Below are positions 18,269 through 27,635 of a DNA stretch of 64,000 nucleotides, one piece after another (the first letter of the stretch is position 1; every line of letters starts with the position of its first letter). Below the pieces are notes generated by a model. It had not been told where the DNA came from. It saw only the letters and a list, made by a program, of their open reading frames with translations, and made no database searches. Both the position numbers and the translations under genes were made by a program. Source of the DNA: a virus (Duplodnaviria; Heunggongvirae; Uroviricota; Caudoviricetes); IMG/VR virus record IMGVR_UViG_3300017971_007904; one strand, 5' to 3'.

Positions 18269-19501
18269 ATGCCACGGCGCATACAAGAAGATCATAAGAT
18301 GTTCCGAGACGTAGTGTCCGGAACCACAAGACGGGAGTTGAAGAAGTGGATTAAGAGTGGTCGTATCGTCCGCCGTCGAGGTAAGGACAAGCTTGCCATT
18401 CCGATCCCCCGAATCGACCTCCCGCATTTCATATTCGGTAGGCCGACCGAAGGCATCGGTCGGGGGCCCGGCAAGGATGGTGACAAGGTCGGTGAAGAAC
18501 CTGCCCCAAATCAAGGCGACGGGGCCAGCACCGATCCAGGTGATGCCATCCTGGTCGATGTCGACATGGAACGAATCCTCAAGGAAATGGGCGAGGATTG
18601 GGGCTTGCCGAACATGCTCCCGAAAGAGAACGCCACTTTCGAGGAAGTGAAGATTCGGTACAACAGCTTGTCGAAGATCGGCCCGCCGAGTTTGCTTCAC
18701 AAGCGGAAGACCATTCTTCAAACCCTCAAACGTATGTCGGCCATGGGCCAGTTGGGTCCGGAGAACGCACGGATACTCCCCGGTTACAACGTGCCCGTCA
18801 CGCCGCTGATTCCAATCAAGGATGATATGCGGTTTCGCAAGTGGACGGAGCAGCGCATCCCGTCCAGCAACGCCGTCATCTTCTTCGCCCGTGATATCTC
18901 GGGTTCGATGACGACATACAAGTGCGAGATCGTTTCGGACATGGCGTGGTGGATCGATATGTGGATTCGCCAGTTCTATGAAAAAACTGAGCGGGTCTAC
19001 GTTGTTCACGACACCCGTGCCAAAGAAGTCGACGAAGAACGGTTCTACAAGCTCAGGATGGGTGGTGGAACCATTTGCAGTAGCGCACTGAGGTACATCG
19101 CCAAACAGTTGAAGCATCGCTATCCCCCGGAGAAATGGAACGTGTACGTGTTCTATTTTTCGGACGGCGACAACTGGATGGACGACAACGACAAGTTCGT
19201 CAAGGTTCTCCGTGATGACCTTCCGCCCGACAAGGTCAACTTGTTTGGCATGACGCTGATTCTTCCCTGGTGCCAGGAGGGGCTCAAGGAACACCTGGAT
19301 GCTTTGATCAAGAATGGCAAGCTTGACAACAAGTTCATCCGTACCACCGGCATTGATCGTCCGGACAAGGATAAGAACGACCGGTGGGGTTGGTGGTGGT
19401 GGGACGAAACCATGGATGAAGATGCCCGTAACGATGCCATCCGCAACGCTATCCGAGAGTTGCTGGGGGCTCACGATCAGGCTTCCGAAAAAGCCGCATA
19501 A
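18269..19501 (+). CDS. yeaH: YeaH/YhbH-family DUF444 (vWA-like) protein
   Basis: vWA-like core FFARDISGSM...YVFYFSDGDNW; size and position between prkA and spoVR as in bacterial yeaG-yeaH-ycgB loci. Confidence 0.85.
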   Translation: MPRRIQEDHKMFRDVVSGTTRRELKKWIKSGRIVRRRGKDKLAIPIPRIDLPHFIFGRPTEGIGRGPGKDGDKVGEEPAPNQGDGASTDPGDAILVDVDMERILKEMGEDWGLPNMLPKENATFEEVKIRYNSLSKIGPPSLLHKRKTILQTLKRMSAMGQLGPENARILPGYNVPVTPLIPIKDDMRFRKWTEQRIPSSNAVIFFARDISGSMTTYKCEIVSDMAWWIDMWIRQFYEKTERVYVVHDTRAKEVDEERFYKLRMGGGTICSSALRYIAKQLKHRYPPEKWNVYVFYFSDGDNWMDDNDKFVKVLRDDLPPDKVNLFGMTLILPWCQEGLKEHLDALIKNGKLDNKFIRTTGIDRPDKDKNDRWGWWWWDETMDEDARNDAIRNAIRELLGAHDQASEKAA

Positions 19502-19515
19502 TTGGAGGTGCAACC

Positions 19516-21144
19516 ATGCCCAGTACGATGTTGCACGGGTCGCCGATTTTACTCGACGACAATACCGTGCCCGGCGTGAAGTACACGCCAGAACTTGAGG
19601 AGGTTATTCCAAAGGTCATCCAAGCGTGCTTGGACTTCGGGCTCAAGCCCTACAAGCCTGTTGTCGAGGTCCTCACATACGATGACATTTCGGAGGTGGC
19701 TGCCTACGGGGGCTTCCCCGTGAGGTTCCCCCACTGGTCCTTTGGGATGGAGTATGAAGAACTCAGCAAAGGCTATGAGTTCGGCATGCACAAGATTTAC
19801 GAGATGGTAATCAATACCAATCCGGCATACATCTACTGTCTCGATTCCAACCCCCTGCTCGACCACGTTACGGTCATCGCTCACGCCACAGGCCACAGCG
19901 ATTTCTTCCGCCAGAACGTCTGGTTCGAGCCGACTACCGAGAACGCTCTGAACGAATTGGCCAACCACGGCAGCCGGATTCGGCGGTACATGGACCGCTG
20001 GGGCCGGGAGAAGGTCGGCCAGTTCATCGATTGGGTCCTTTGCGTCGACGATCTGATCGACCTATCCGCATCGTGGCGGTCGAGGCAGGTCAAAGAGCTA
20101 CGAGTCAAGGATAGGCGGGAATACCACTACCCCCGTCGACTCAAGCTGCCGTCGACCGAGGACGAAGAGCACGATTACATGGAACCCTGGATCAACGACG
20201 ATCAGTGGAAGAAGTTCGAGAAGGAACGTCTGGCTCGCCTGGAAGCGGCGCAGACCTTGAACATCTTCAAAGGTAACGACAAGGATGTCCTGGGTTACCT
20301 CGTCAAGAACGCTCCGTTGGTCCCCTGGCAACAGGACATCATCAGTATGCTCTACCGGGAGGCGCAATACTTTGCCCCCCAAGCCTTGACCAAGATGATG
20401 AACGAGGGCTGGGCGTCCTACGTCGATTACAACATCATGGCCCGAAAGCATTGGGCTGGTGGTGGTGGAATCTACGACTACTCCAAGCACAAGATGGGTG
20501 TGCTGGGTGGTAAGTACTCGACCAACCCGTATGCCGTTGGGTTTAAGCTCTTCCTTTACATTGAAGAGCGATGGAACAAGGGCCGCTTCGGAAGGGAATA
20601 CGAGCAGTGCGAAGACATGACCAAGAGGAAGAATTGGGACACGAAGGCCGGTAAGGGCCACGAGAAGGTGTTCGAGGTTCGGGAAATCCACAACGACCTG
20701 ACGGCGATCCAGCAGTTCGTCGACCAGGAGTTCGTGGACCAGTACGAACTCTACGTCTGGGAGAAGTTCCCACGACCGGACGGCGGGTTCGACTACCGGA
20801 TCAAGACACGGGATGCCAAGGAGATCAAGAAAATCCTCATGCAGAGGTACTCCAACGGTGGTCGTCCCGACATCCGCCTTACCGACCCGAACTACGCCAA
20901 CAAGGACATCCTCTTATTGCAACACTTTTGGGAGGGACGAATCCTCGCCCGGCGCTACGCCCAGGCCACCCTCGTCTGCCTCTGGAACCTCTGGAACCAG
21001 GGTGGCGTGGCCGGAAAGCGGCCTGTCGCCGTTGCGACGAAGGACAAGGACGGCGAAGAATTTGTCTACGTCTGCACCGGTACCAAACCGGAGCAGAACC
21101 AGATTCTCCGTCGCAAGAAGTTCGAGGAAGAGTTCGGCTCCTAA
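19516..21144 (+). CDS. spoVR: SpoVR/YcgB-family protein
   Basis: Conserved FPHWSFGMEYEEL, IYEMVINTNPAYIY, HATGHSDFF motifs; 542 aa. Confidence 0.88.
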   Translation: MPSTMLHGSPILLDDNTVPGVKYTPELEEVIPKVIQACLDFGLKPYKPVVEVLTYDDISEVAAYGGFPVRFPHWSFGMEYEELSKGYEFGMHKIYEMVINTNPAYIYCLDSNPLLDHVTVIAHATGHSDFFRQNVWFEPTTENALNELANHGSRIRRYMDRWGREKVGQFIDWVLCVDDLIDLSASWRSRQVKELRVKDRREYHYPRRLKLPSTEDEEHDYMEPWINDDQWKKFEKERLARLEAAQTLNIFKGNDKDVLGYLVKNAPLVPWQQDIISMLYREAQYFAPQALTKMMNEGWASYVDYNIMARKHWAGGGGIYDYSKHKMGVLGGKYSTNPYAVGFKLFLYIEERWNKGRFGREYEQCEDMTKRKNWDTKAGKGHEKVFEVREIHNDLTAIQQFVDQEFVDQYELYVWEKFPRPDGGFDYRIKTRDAKEIKKILMQRYSNGGRPDIRLTDPNYANKDILLLQHFWEGRILARRYAQATLVCLWNLWNQGGVAGKRPVAVATKDKDGEEFVYVCTGTKPEQNQILRRKKFEEEFGS

Positions 21145-21193
21145 GGGCACGAAGCACCTCCTTGGGTCAAGTTCGCTGAACAGGGCCCTGCAC

Positions 21194-21233
21194 AGCCAGC
21201 CACCAGACATTGTCTGGTGGCTGGCTTTTTTTC
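21194..21233 (+). terminator. Rho-independent terminator after spoVR
   Basis: AGCCAGCCACCAGACA / TGTCTGGTGGCTGGCT stem followed by TTTTTTT. Confidence 0.8.
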
Positions 21234-21320
21234 TCATCTTTCTTGTCTCTCCTGCCGATACCTAGAATAGGAAGCATATTGCTACCTTAAGGATGAGGGT
21301 AACGTGTCCTTGGAGAAACC

Positions 21321-21989
21321 ATGCCTAGAGGTCCTAAGAAGCAAATCCCGCAATCAGAGGTGTCACAACTAATCAATGACGTGCATGGTTTGAATATCAA
21401 TGCACGAACCAGAGAACTCTTCTTAATGGGATATGCGGGAGATTCGCAGGAAGAAGACCCTGGAGTTGATTACCGTTCAGCCGGTACCTTTTTGAAGAAC
21501 TTGCACATCTTAGAGACCCTTGGCCGCTCCAAAATCATCGTCCACATGCAAATCACGGGCGGTGAGTGGAGTTATGGTATGGGCATTTACAATGCCATCC
21601 AGGCGGCAAAATCTTCTGTTACGATAGTCGCCTATGCTCACGCCACTTCGATGAGTGGTGTGATCCTTCAGGCGGCTGATAACCGCATCCTGATGCCGGA
21701 TACGCACTTCATGTTGCACTACGGTTCTCTGGGGATCGAATCGACCTCACAGGCCGTTTTAGCGTGTGTGGAGCAGAATGAGCGGGATAACAAGCGGATG
21801 CTTGAAATCTTCGCTGAGCGGGCCGTAGAGGGCCCACATTTCCGTGCCAAGCGGTGGGGCGTGAAACGAGTGTCCGATTACATCGACCACGAGATGCGGC
21901 AGAAAGGTGATTGGTACCTGAGCGCCACGGAGGCTGTGGAGTATGGCTTTGCGGATGGTGTCTTAGGACGAGACATTACGAAAGTATGA
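21321..21989 (+). CDS. ClpP-family (S14) serine peptidase
   Basis: ClpP-like core with catalytic Ser in ATSMSG and His in MPDTHFMLHYG; 222 aa. Confidence 0.75.
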   Translation: MPRGPKKQIPQSEVSQLINDVHGLNINARTRELFLMGYAGDSQEEDPGVDYRSAGTFLKNLHILETLGRSKIIVHMQITGGEWSYGMGIYNAIQAAKSSVTIVAYAHATSMSGVILQAADNRILMPDTHFMLHYGSLGIESTSQAVLACVEQNERDNKRMLEIFAERAVEGPHFRAKRWGVKRVSDYIDHEMRQKGDWYLSATEAVEYGFADGVLGRDITKV

Positions 21990-22000
21990 AAGGAGTAGAA

Positions 22001-22390
22001 ATGATTCAAGCATATAATATTGCTGAGTTCAGCAAGGTGACACTTTGGCACGAGTCGGAAGTGCTAAAAGCTAGACGAAAACGTAATTTGGCTCGCTTTT
22101 ACAAACAGTATGACGACTCGGATGGCTCTGGAACCCTTTGGCGGATATGCCTTAATTCGGATCACAACGAAAGTCTCGATATGGAGAAGGGTGGTTGCTA
22201 CGAGGTTCCTTTGTCTCGAATGACGACACCCGCAGCGTTTGTTAATTGGTTGGTCCATTTGAGTGACAAAGAGTGGTTCACGGCCCAAATGCAAGCCGAT
22301 TTTATCACAGAGTTATTTGATGCCTTAGTGGCGATAAATGTATCACCGCATGACTGCGGTAACGAGTGGAACTGGCCTGAAGGAGAATAA
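22001..22390 (+). CDS. hypothetical protein
   Basis: ATG at 22001 with AAAGGAG SD (listed ORF 21911..22390 starts inside clpP). Confidence 0.5.
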   Translation: MIQAYNIAEFSKVTLWHESEVLKARRKRNLARFYKQYDDSDGSGTLWRICLNSDHNESLDMEKGGCYEVPLSRMTTPAAFVNWLVHLSDKEWFTAQMQADFITELFDALVAINVSPHDCGNEWNWPEGE

Positions 22391-22391
22391 A

Positions 22392-22625
22392 ATGCCAAGA
22401 AAGAAAGAGGAACCTATGGATATCATGAACATTGACATCTTGAATCCAGAGTTTATAGCCTTAGCTACGGAAGCCAAGGAGCTTCACGACAAAAAAGAGG
22501 CTACCACCGCTGAGTTCAAGAAGCTTTATGTGAAGCACAAGGCCGACATGGCTGAACTCGAACACGAGGCCGAGGAACTCAAGAAGAAGATGGCTGCGCT
22601 AACCACAGAAAAAGCTTCAGAATGA
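22392..22625 (+). CDS. hypothetical coiled-coil protein
   Basis: ATG at 22392 with GGAGAA SD; charged helical sequence. Confidence 0.45.
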   Translation: MPRKKEEPMDIMNIDILNPEFIALATEAKELHDKKEATTAEFKKLYVKHKADMAELEHEAEELKKKMAALTTEKASE

Positions 22626-22664
22626 CCCCCGTATTCTCCGATACTTAAGAAGACGGAGGATGAC

Positions 22665-25193
22665 ATGAAGAAGTGTGAAACGTGTGGCCTAGAGCATTTG
22701 CATCGACACTCAGATTTCTCTCTCCTAGACGGGTTTGCTACCGTCGAGGAGTATGCGGCTTACTCCGAGGCCGCTAATCAGAAGTATCTGTGTATCAGCG
22801 ACCACGGTATGCTTGGTTGCATCCCCCGCCAGATTCGGGCTTGTGACGAGTACAATCTTCAGCCGGTATTTGCCTGTCTTACCGCTGGCCAGCCGATATA
22901 TCTAAAGGATGGAATCAAGCCAATCGAAGAGGTATTGGTTGGTGATCAGGTGTTGACCGATAAGGGTCGTTATCGCAAAGTACTACGAGTGATGAGTCGG
23001 CGGTATCAGGGAAGTCTTTATAAAGTCAAGTTGGCGAACCAAACTGGTAGAGCCTTGATGCAAACGCTAACAGGGGAGCATCCGATTCTCATAAGGAGCT
23101 ATAATGGTCAATATAGCTGGATACCAGTATCGCAAATATTGACAGGCCGTCCCACTACGAAGCGTGGACTTAAAAACCACAATTCGTATGTCTGTTATCC
23201 GCAGAGCAGATCGTCACGTTCTGTAACTTTGAAGATTAGTGACTATCTTCCTGATATTTTTGAATGCGGTGATACCATTGTTCGTACTGGTTGGAAAGGG
23301 GTAGCTGCTTATGAGTGGGAAATTCCACCTGAGTTTGAATTAGATGAGAATTTTGCATATTTCTTGGGCTTATATGTGGCGGAAGGCTCATCGACCACCA
23401 ATAAAAAAGGTTTGCCAAATGGAGCTATGAGGTTGTCATTACATGCCAAAGAGTCTCCTTTGGTGGAAAGGTGCCAACCTGCTGTTGAAGCATTTGGTAT
23501 CAAATTTCATTTGTATCCACGACCTGAGATCAATCGTTTAGATGTTCATTTTGGTTGTCTACCCTTATCTTACATCATTAGGCAACTGTGCGGTATTGGA
23601 TCGCATTGCAAAAAAGTACCCTCCCCAATCTTTCAAAGCTCACTTTCGGTGAAAAAGGCTTTTATGGAAGGTTTGATGGATGGCGATGGCAAAATTAGTG
23701 GTGTGCAAGATGTGTTGAGGGTAGCGTCAAAAGAGTTGGCGTGGGGTGTCAAGAGATTGTTATCCGATTTAGGGTATTGGTCTAATGTTGGGCTTTCTAA
23801 GGATGGTGACAAGGAGTGCTACCATCTCAGTTATTGTCCGGAACGAACATATGCTAGAAGTTTTGTCGAAGATGGCTCTGTAATGTCACCGGTTCAAGAC
23901 ATTGTTGAATTACGTGATCAAGATGTCATGGTATACAATTTAGAGGTAGAAGAGGACAACAGCTATGTCAGTTATTTCGCTGTACATAACTGTGAGTTGT
24001 ACGTCAACAACGCACAACCCATTTGCCGAGACCCAGAAGACTACGTCAAATACGTCGAAGAGAACTCTCCCGAGACGAAGGAGACCCTTCGTAAGTCCTA
24101 TCATCTACTGGCGATAGCTTACACGAATCAAGGTTACAGCAACCTCGTACAGCTTGCGTCGTGGGGCCACATTTATGGTTGGGGTGGCGTACCACGTCGA
24201 CCACGGATCACGCACGAGCAGTTGATGAAGCACAAAGAGGGCTTGATCTTTTCATCGTGTTGCTATCTCTCGGAGATTGGTCAAACCTTTGATCGGTACG
24301 GTCGAGATGCCGCTTTTGCCATGATCGAGAAGTACATGGCCATGTTTGGCGATAACTTCTATCTGGAGTTGATGCTCTTGGACTTCAAGAAGCAAAAGCC
24401 ATACGACCAGTTTCTTATTGAGGCTCATGACCGGTATCACATCCCTCTGAACATCACGCAGGATTGCCACTACTGCAAACAAGAGGATGCTAAGTACCAG
24501 CAGTATATGCTGATGATACGCACGAAGCACACGGTGGCTGACATTGAGGCGGCTATCGAACAGGGTGAGGCAAGGGAAGGTTTCTTTGAGTTACAGGATC
24601 AGCAACTTTGGATGAAAACTGAAGAGGAGTTGAACGAAAAGTGGAACGAAGATTACACCGACGCAATCCCGTATGAACTCTTTTGTCAGGCTAAGCATAA
24701 CACGGTCGAGATATGTCGGAAAGCCGAAGGAGTTGAGATCGACCGTACCATCAAGTTGCCCGAAATCGACGAGGCTGACGAGAAGCTCTGGGAGGGGCTT
24801 TGTAAAGGTTTCAAATGGCGAGGTTTGGAGGGTAAGGCTGACTATATGCAACGCTTGAGAGAGGAGTATGAGCTTATCTGCCGCAAAGACTTCTCCAGTT
24901 ACTTTCTCTTGACAAAGATGTTTACGGATGAGGGTCGTCGAGCGTGCCCCAAACTGATTGGTTGGGGAACTGGCGAAGAGGCAATTAGCCCTGGCCGAGG
25001 GTCGGGTGTGAGCTTCCTATCCAATTACGTCTTGGGTATTACGGATGTTGATCCAATCCGCCACGACTTAGTCCCAGAAAGGTTCCTCAGTGATGCACGG
25101 GGTGGTCGTCAACTGAAGCTACAGTTTGATAGTGAGCCGATTAGTACGGCTCATAGTCATCCGGAATCTCCCAATCATCCGGAATCGGAATGA
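22665..25193 (+). CDS. dnaE: DNA polymerase III alpha subunit (DnaE), N-terminal fragment (PHP domain through the GPGRGSG region), interrupted by an intein
   Basis: PHP motif LHRHSDFSLLDG; after the intein, SYFLLTKMF...SPGRGSGVSFLSNYVLGITDVDPIRHDLVPERFLSDAR aligns with E. coli DnaE ~residues 300-400; the last ~30 aa are non-homologous. Confidence 0.85.
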   Translation: MKKCETCGLEHLHRHSDFSLLDGFATVEEYAAYSEAANQKYLCISDHGMLGCIPRQIRACDEYNLQPVFACLTAGQPIYLKDGIKPIEEVLVGDQVLTDKGRYRKVLRVMSRRYQGSLYKVKLANQTGRALMQTLTGEHPILIRSYNGQYSWIPVSQILTGRPTTKRGLKNHNSYVCYPQSRSSRSVTLKISDYLPDIFECGDTIVRTGWKGVAAYEWEIPPEFELDENFAYFLGLYVAEGSSTTNKKGLPNGAMRLSLHAKESPLVERCQPAVEAFGIKFHLYPRPEINRLDVHFGCLPLSYIIRQLCGIGSHCKKVPSPIFQSSLSVKKAFMEGLMDGDGKISGVQDVLRVASKELAWGVKRLLSDLGYWSNVGLSKDGDKECYHLSYCPERTYARSFVEDGSVMSPVQDIVELRDQDVMVYNLEVEEDNSYVSYFAVHNCELYVNNAQPICRDPEDYVKYVEENSPETKETLRKSYHLLAIAYTNQGYSNLVQLASWGHIYGWGGVPRRPRITHEQLMKHKEGLIFSSCCYLSEIGQTFDRYGRDAAFAMIEKYMAMFGDNFYLELMLLDFKKQKPYDQFLIEAHDRYHIPLNITQDCHYCKQEDAKYQQYMLMIRTKHTVADIEAAIEQGEAREGFFELQDQQLWMKTEEELNEKWNEDYTDAIPYELFCQAKHNTVEICRKAEGVEIDRTIKLPEIDEADEKLWEGLCKGFKWRGLEGKADYMQRLREEYELICRKDFSSYFLLTKMFTDEGRRACPKLIGWGTGEEAISPGRGSGVSFLSNYVLGITDVDPIRHDLVPERFLSDARGGRQLKLQFDSEPISTAHSHPESPNHPESE
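22875..23990 (+). mobile_element. intein (372 aa) with LAGLIDADG homing-endonuclease domain inserted in the DnaE PHP domain
   Basis: N-splice block CLTAGQPIYL, block B TLTGEHPIL, LAGLIDADG-like FAYFLGLYVAEGS and FMEGLMDGDGKIS, C-terminal VYNLEVEE...FAVHN followed by extein Cys (CELYV). Confidence 0.8.
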
Positions 25194-25653
25194 ATTGTGG
25201 TGGTTTGTCGGCCCGGTACATGATGACTTCGGCGTGGGTTTCTTGTATATCGATATCCCAGCCCAACATGTCTTGTTCGGGCATTATCACAAAGAAGCAA
25301 TTACTGCCGTAGCTACCACCCATGCCCCATCGATCACTACCGAATGGTTCGCTTTTTGAAACAAAGACCCATCGTATTCCGTTATCCCATAGGAACTCTT
25401 CCATCTTTTCGGCCCACTCTTCATACTCACCGGAGTATTTGTCGTTGTTTGGAGGTTCTTGGATGCCTAAGTCGTAAAGTTTATCAGTTAGATTGTAAGG
25501 TATGTGCTCCAGAATCCAATTACCCCATTGTGACTGGGTAAAGTAACTGGCTACGATACGGCCATCTGGCTTTTCGTACTTGCTACAATGAAAACCCCTG
25601 AAGTCGGGACTCTCCATTGGATCGTTCTGTTCAAGCCATAGTCGGAATTGCAT
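25141..25653 (-). CDS. hypothetical protein (Trp/acidic-rich), overlapping the 3' tail of the dnaE N-fragment
   Basis: 170-aa ORF with protein-like composition; overlaps the non-homologous tail of the DnaE N-fragment by 53 nt. Confidence 0.5.
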   Translation of the reverse strand: MQFRLWLEQNDPMESPDFRGFHCSKYEKPDGRIVASYFTQSQWGNWILEHIPYNLTDKLYDLGIQEPPNNDKYSGEYEEWAEKMEEFLWDNGIRWVFVSKSEPFGSDRWGMGGSYGSNCFFVIMPEQDMLGWDIDIQETHAEVIMYRADKPPQFIPIPDDWEIPDDYEPY

Positions 25654-25718
25654 GTCATATCTACTGGGAGAAAGGAGAAAATTGCCCTCCCGATGCTAAA
25701 TAACAAACAGACTAGGAG

Positions 25719-25904
25719 GTGGTTATGATCAAACGTGACGTAGACAACGCTCTGGTATTTGGTGTGTGTGCTGGCATAGCGAAGCACCTGGATGTCAGTG
25801 TGGCGTTAGTGCGTGTGCTAACGGTTTTGAGTTTCATTTTCACGGGCTCCATTACGTTTTGGGCCTATATCATAGCTGCGATTTTGCTGCCAAAAGAAGA
25901 ATAA
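25719..25904 (+). CDS. PspC-domain small membrane protein
   Basis: GVCAGIAKHLDV...VRVLTVL followed by a TM segment; SD AGGAGG. Confidence 0.6.
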   Translation: MVMIKRDVDNALVFGVCAGIAKHLDVSVALVRVLTVLSFIFTGSITFWAYIIAAILLPKEE

Positions 25905-25919
25905 TGTGTAGGAGAAGCA

Positions 25920-27149
25920 ATGGGTAAATACCGTGCTTTTGATGATTTCGTTGAAGGTAAGAAGCTTGATGACAAGCCCCCTAAGAAGGCGAAGGTGAGT
26001 GCTGATGTGCCACCACAAGGTAAGAACCCCACGCCTTATTACGGCCCTCATGCGAAGAACGACCCCAAGCCGAAGCTGAGAGTTGTCGAGAAGCCAGCTA
26101 ATGCACTTGGCGATGAGGCAACACCGGCGCTGAAAAAACCCGAAGATAACCTTCCCTCTGGTAAGAAGCCGTCTCACGACCATATGACAATCGAGAGATA
26201 CATCGAAGCTAGGAATAAGGGTAAGAAGATCAAGGATGAGTACGATGGCAAAGTTCGTGTCAGGGTGACTGATAAGGTTGAAGCGGGTCTCGGCGACGAG
26301 GCTAGCCCCCGCATGGAGAAGCCAGATACGAACCTCCCCACGGGCAAAAAGCCGACTCGAAAGGGTTTGACTACTGAGGAATACTTGAGGGAAACGGAGG
26401 AGCTTTCCGACTCCGAGTTCATCATCTCTGAGGTAAAAAAAACGAAAAACGACGATGAAGATGTCGGCCCGGTAATGCATTGCCAACGAAGGGGTATCGC
26501 AATAGTCCCCTCATCGAGTGAGGCAGCTAGTTACATGGCCAGCGTTATACCCATCAATGATCGTGCGGTGCGAACACTCGTACACGAAGTGATAAACACT
26601 CCGGGTGCATTGGGAGCTTTGATCGCAGAATTGGCAGCACATAATGATACCTACTCAGAACTTGTAGGTCAGATGAATGGTCCTGATTCAAGAGTACCAC
26701 GTCGTTTGGTGAAAGCAATGAGAGAAGACTATGATAAGTTCATGTCAGACCTCGGGCTCAACGAAGCGGTGAATGCACCAATGGATGATCGGGATAAGGC
26801 TGCCGACCCGGTCCCGGCCCCGGCCCCCGAAGGAGCAGCCTCACCTACGTCTGAGATTACAGCAGGTGCTAGTTTAATGGGACCGGAAGGTGTTCCCGGT
26901 GGACCAGCCCCAGCAGCAGGACCAGGACCAGGACCAGGACCAGGACCAGTAGGGCCGCCTCCAGCACCGGCACCGGGACCTCCAGCGCCAGCGGCAGGTG
27001 CGCCAGCAATGCCGCCAGCAACGCCGCCAACAGCGGGTGGACGACAGCCACTAGCGGCAAACAGGAAGTTTGCATACCATCACGTCCTGAAAGAGATGGG
27101 CAAACACGATAACATGATGAATTATATGAGAGAGATAATAGGTGGTTAA
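25920..27149 (+). CDS. repeat-containing Pro/Ala/Gly-rich protein
   Basis: Two ~45-aa repeats (ALGDEATPALKKPEDNLPSGKKPS... / GLGDEASPRMEKPDTNLPTGKKPT...) and a C-terminal PAPAPGPGPGPGP tract; SD AGGAGA. Confidence 0.6.
   Translation: MGKYRAFDDFVEGKKLDDKPPKKAKVSADVPPQGKNPTPYYGPHAKNDPKPKLRVVEKPANALGDEATPALKKPEDNLPSGKKPSHDHMTIERYIEARNKGKKIKDEYDGKVRVRVTDKVEAGLGDEASPRMEKPDTNLPTGKKPTRKGLTTEEYLRETEELSDSEFIISEVKKTKNDDEDVGPVMHCQRRGIAIVPSSSEAASYMASVIPINDRAVRTLVHEVINTPGALGALIAELAAHNDTYSELVGQMNGPDSRVPRRLVKAMREDYDKFMSDLGLNEAVNAPMDDRDKAADPVPAPAPEGAASPTSEITAGASLMGPEGVPGGPAPAAGPGPGPGPGPVGPPPAPAPGPPAPAAGAPAMPPATPPTAGGRQPLAANRKFAYHHVLKEMGKHDNMMNYMREIIGG
26919..26948 (+). repeat. (GGACCA)x5 hexanucleotide tandem repeat inside the CDS (encodes GPGPGPGPGP)
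   Basis: Direct reading of the sequence. Confidence 0.8.
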
Positions 27150-27150
27150 C

Positions 27151-27582
27151 ATGACAAGATTCAAATCGTGGAACGAGTACGCTACGGAACGTGCGGCAAA
27201 CGAAGGTAAGGAGCCAACAAACGAAAGTAAGGACACCAAGAAGGAGTTCATCCATCTTTCTAAGACGCCTGAAGAGCAGAATGCTACGTGCTCTGGTGAG
27301 CCCCTTGATCTGACTTACCGTGAGGAAGACGAGTATAAGAAGATGTTAGACTTCCTTCGAGGTAAGAAGAATGTCCCCGATCCTCCGAAACCACCCGCCG
27401 AAGCACCGAAAGGTTGGTTCATCGCCGATGAGCAGAGCCGTGGTTTCTGGTATGACAATGGTTGGACTCAAGACACTAGTTTCCTCAATGAAGCGGTTAT
27501 CGATTCAGAGCGAGCAGCACACGCTTTAGCCCAGGTTGTGGGCGGCGTTGTCATCCCCGCTGAAGAGGTAATGGGTAACTGA
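27151..27582 (+). CDS. hypothetical protein
   Basis: ATG at 27151 with AGGTGG SD; 143 aa. Confidence 0.5.
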   Translation: MTRFKSWNEYATERAANEGKEPTNESKDTKKEFIHLSKTPEEQNATCSGEPLDLTYREEDEYKKMLDFLRGKKNVPDPPKPPAEAPKGWFIADEQSRGFWYDNGWTQDTSFLNEAVIDSERAAHALAQVVGGVVIPAEEVMGN

Positions 27583-27635
27583 CATTGACTCAGTTTTCTC
27601 CATAAATTACAATACGTCTACTCCATTGGGAGTAA

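Noticed and set aside
18224-19513. 429-aa ORF on the minus strand
   Set aside because: It is antisense to the well-supported yeaH (DUF444) gene and is taken as a shadow ORF.
19549-20691. Several 139-197-aa minus-strand ORFs inside spoVR
   Set aside because: All lie antisense to the SpoVR coding region, which has clear family motifs.
20813-21265. Arg/Ser/Pro-rich 150-aa ORF and neighbours
   Set aside because: They are alternative frames of the spoVR 3' region and terminator. The composition is non-protein-like.
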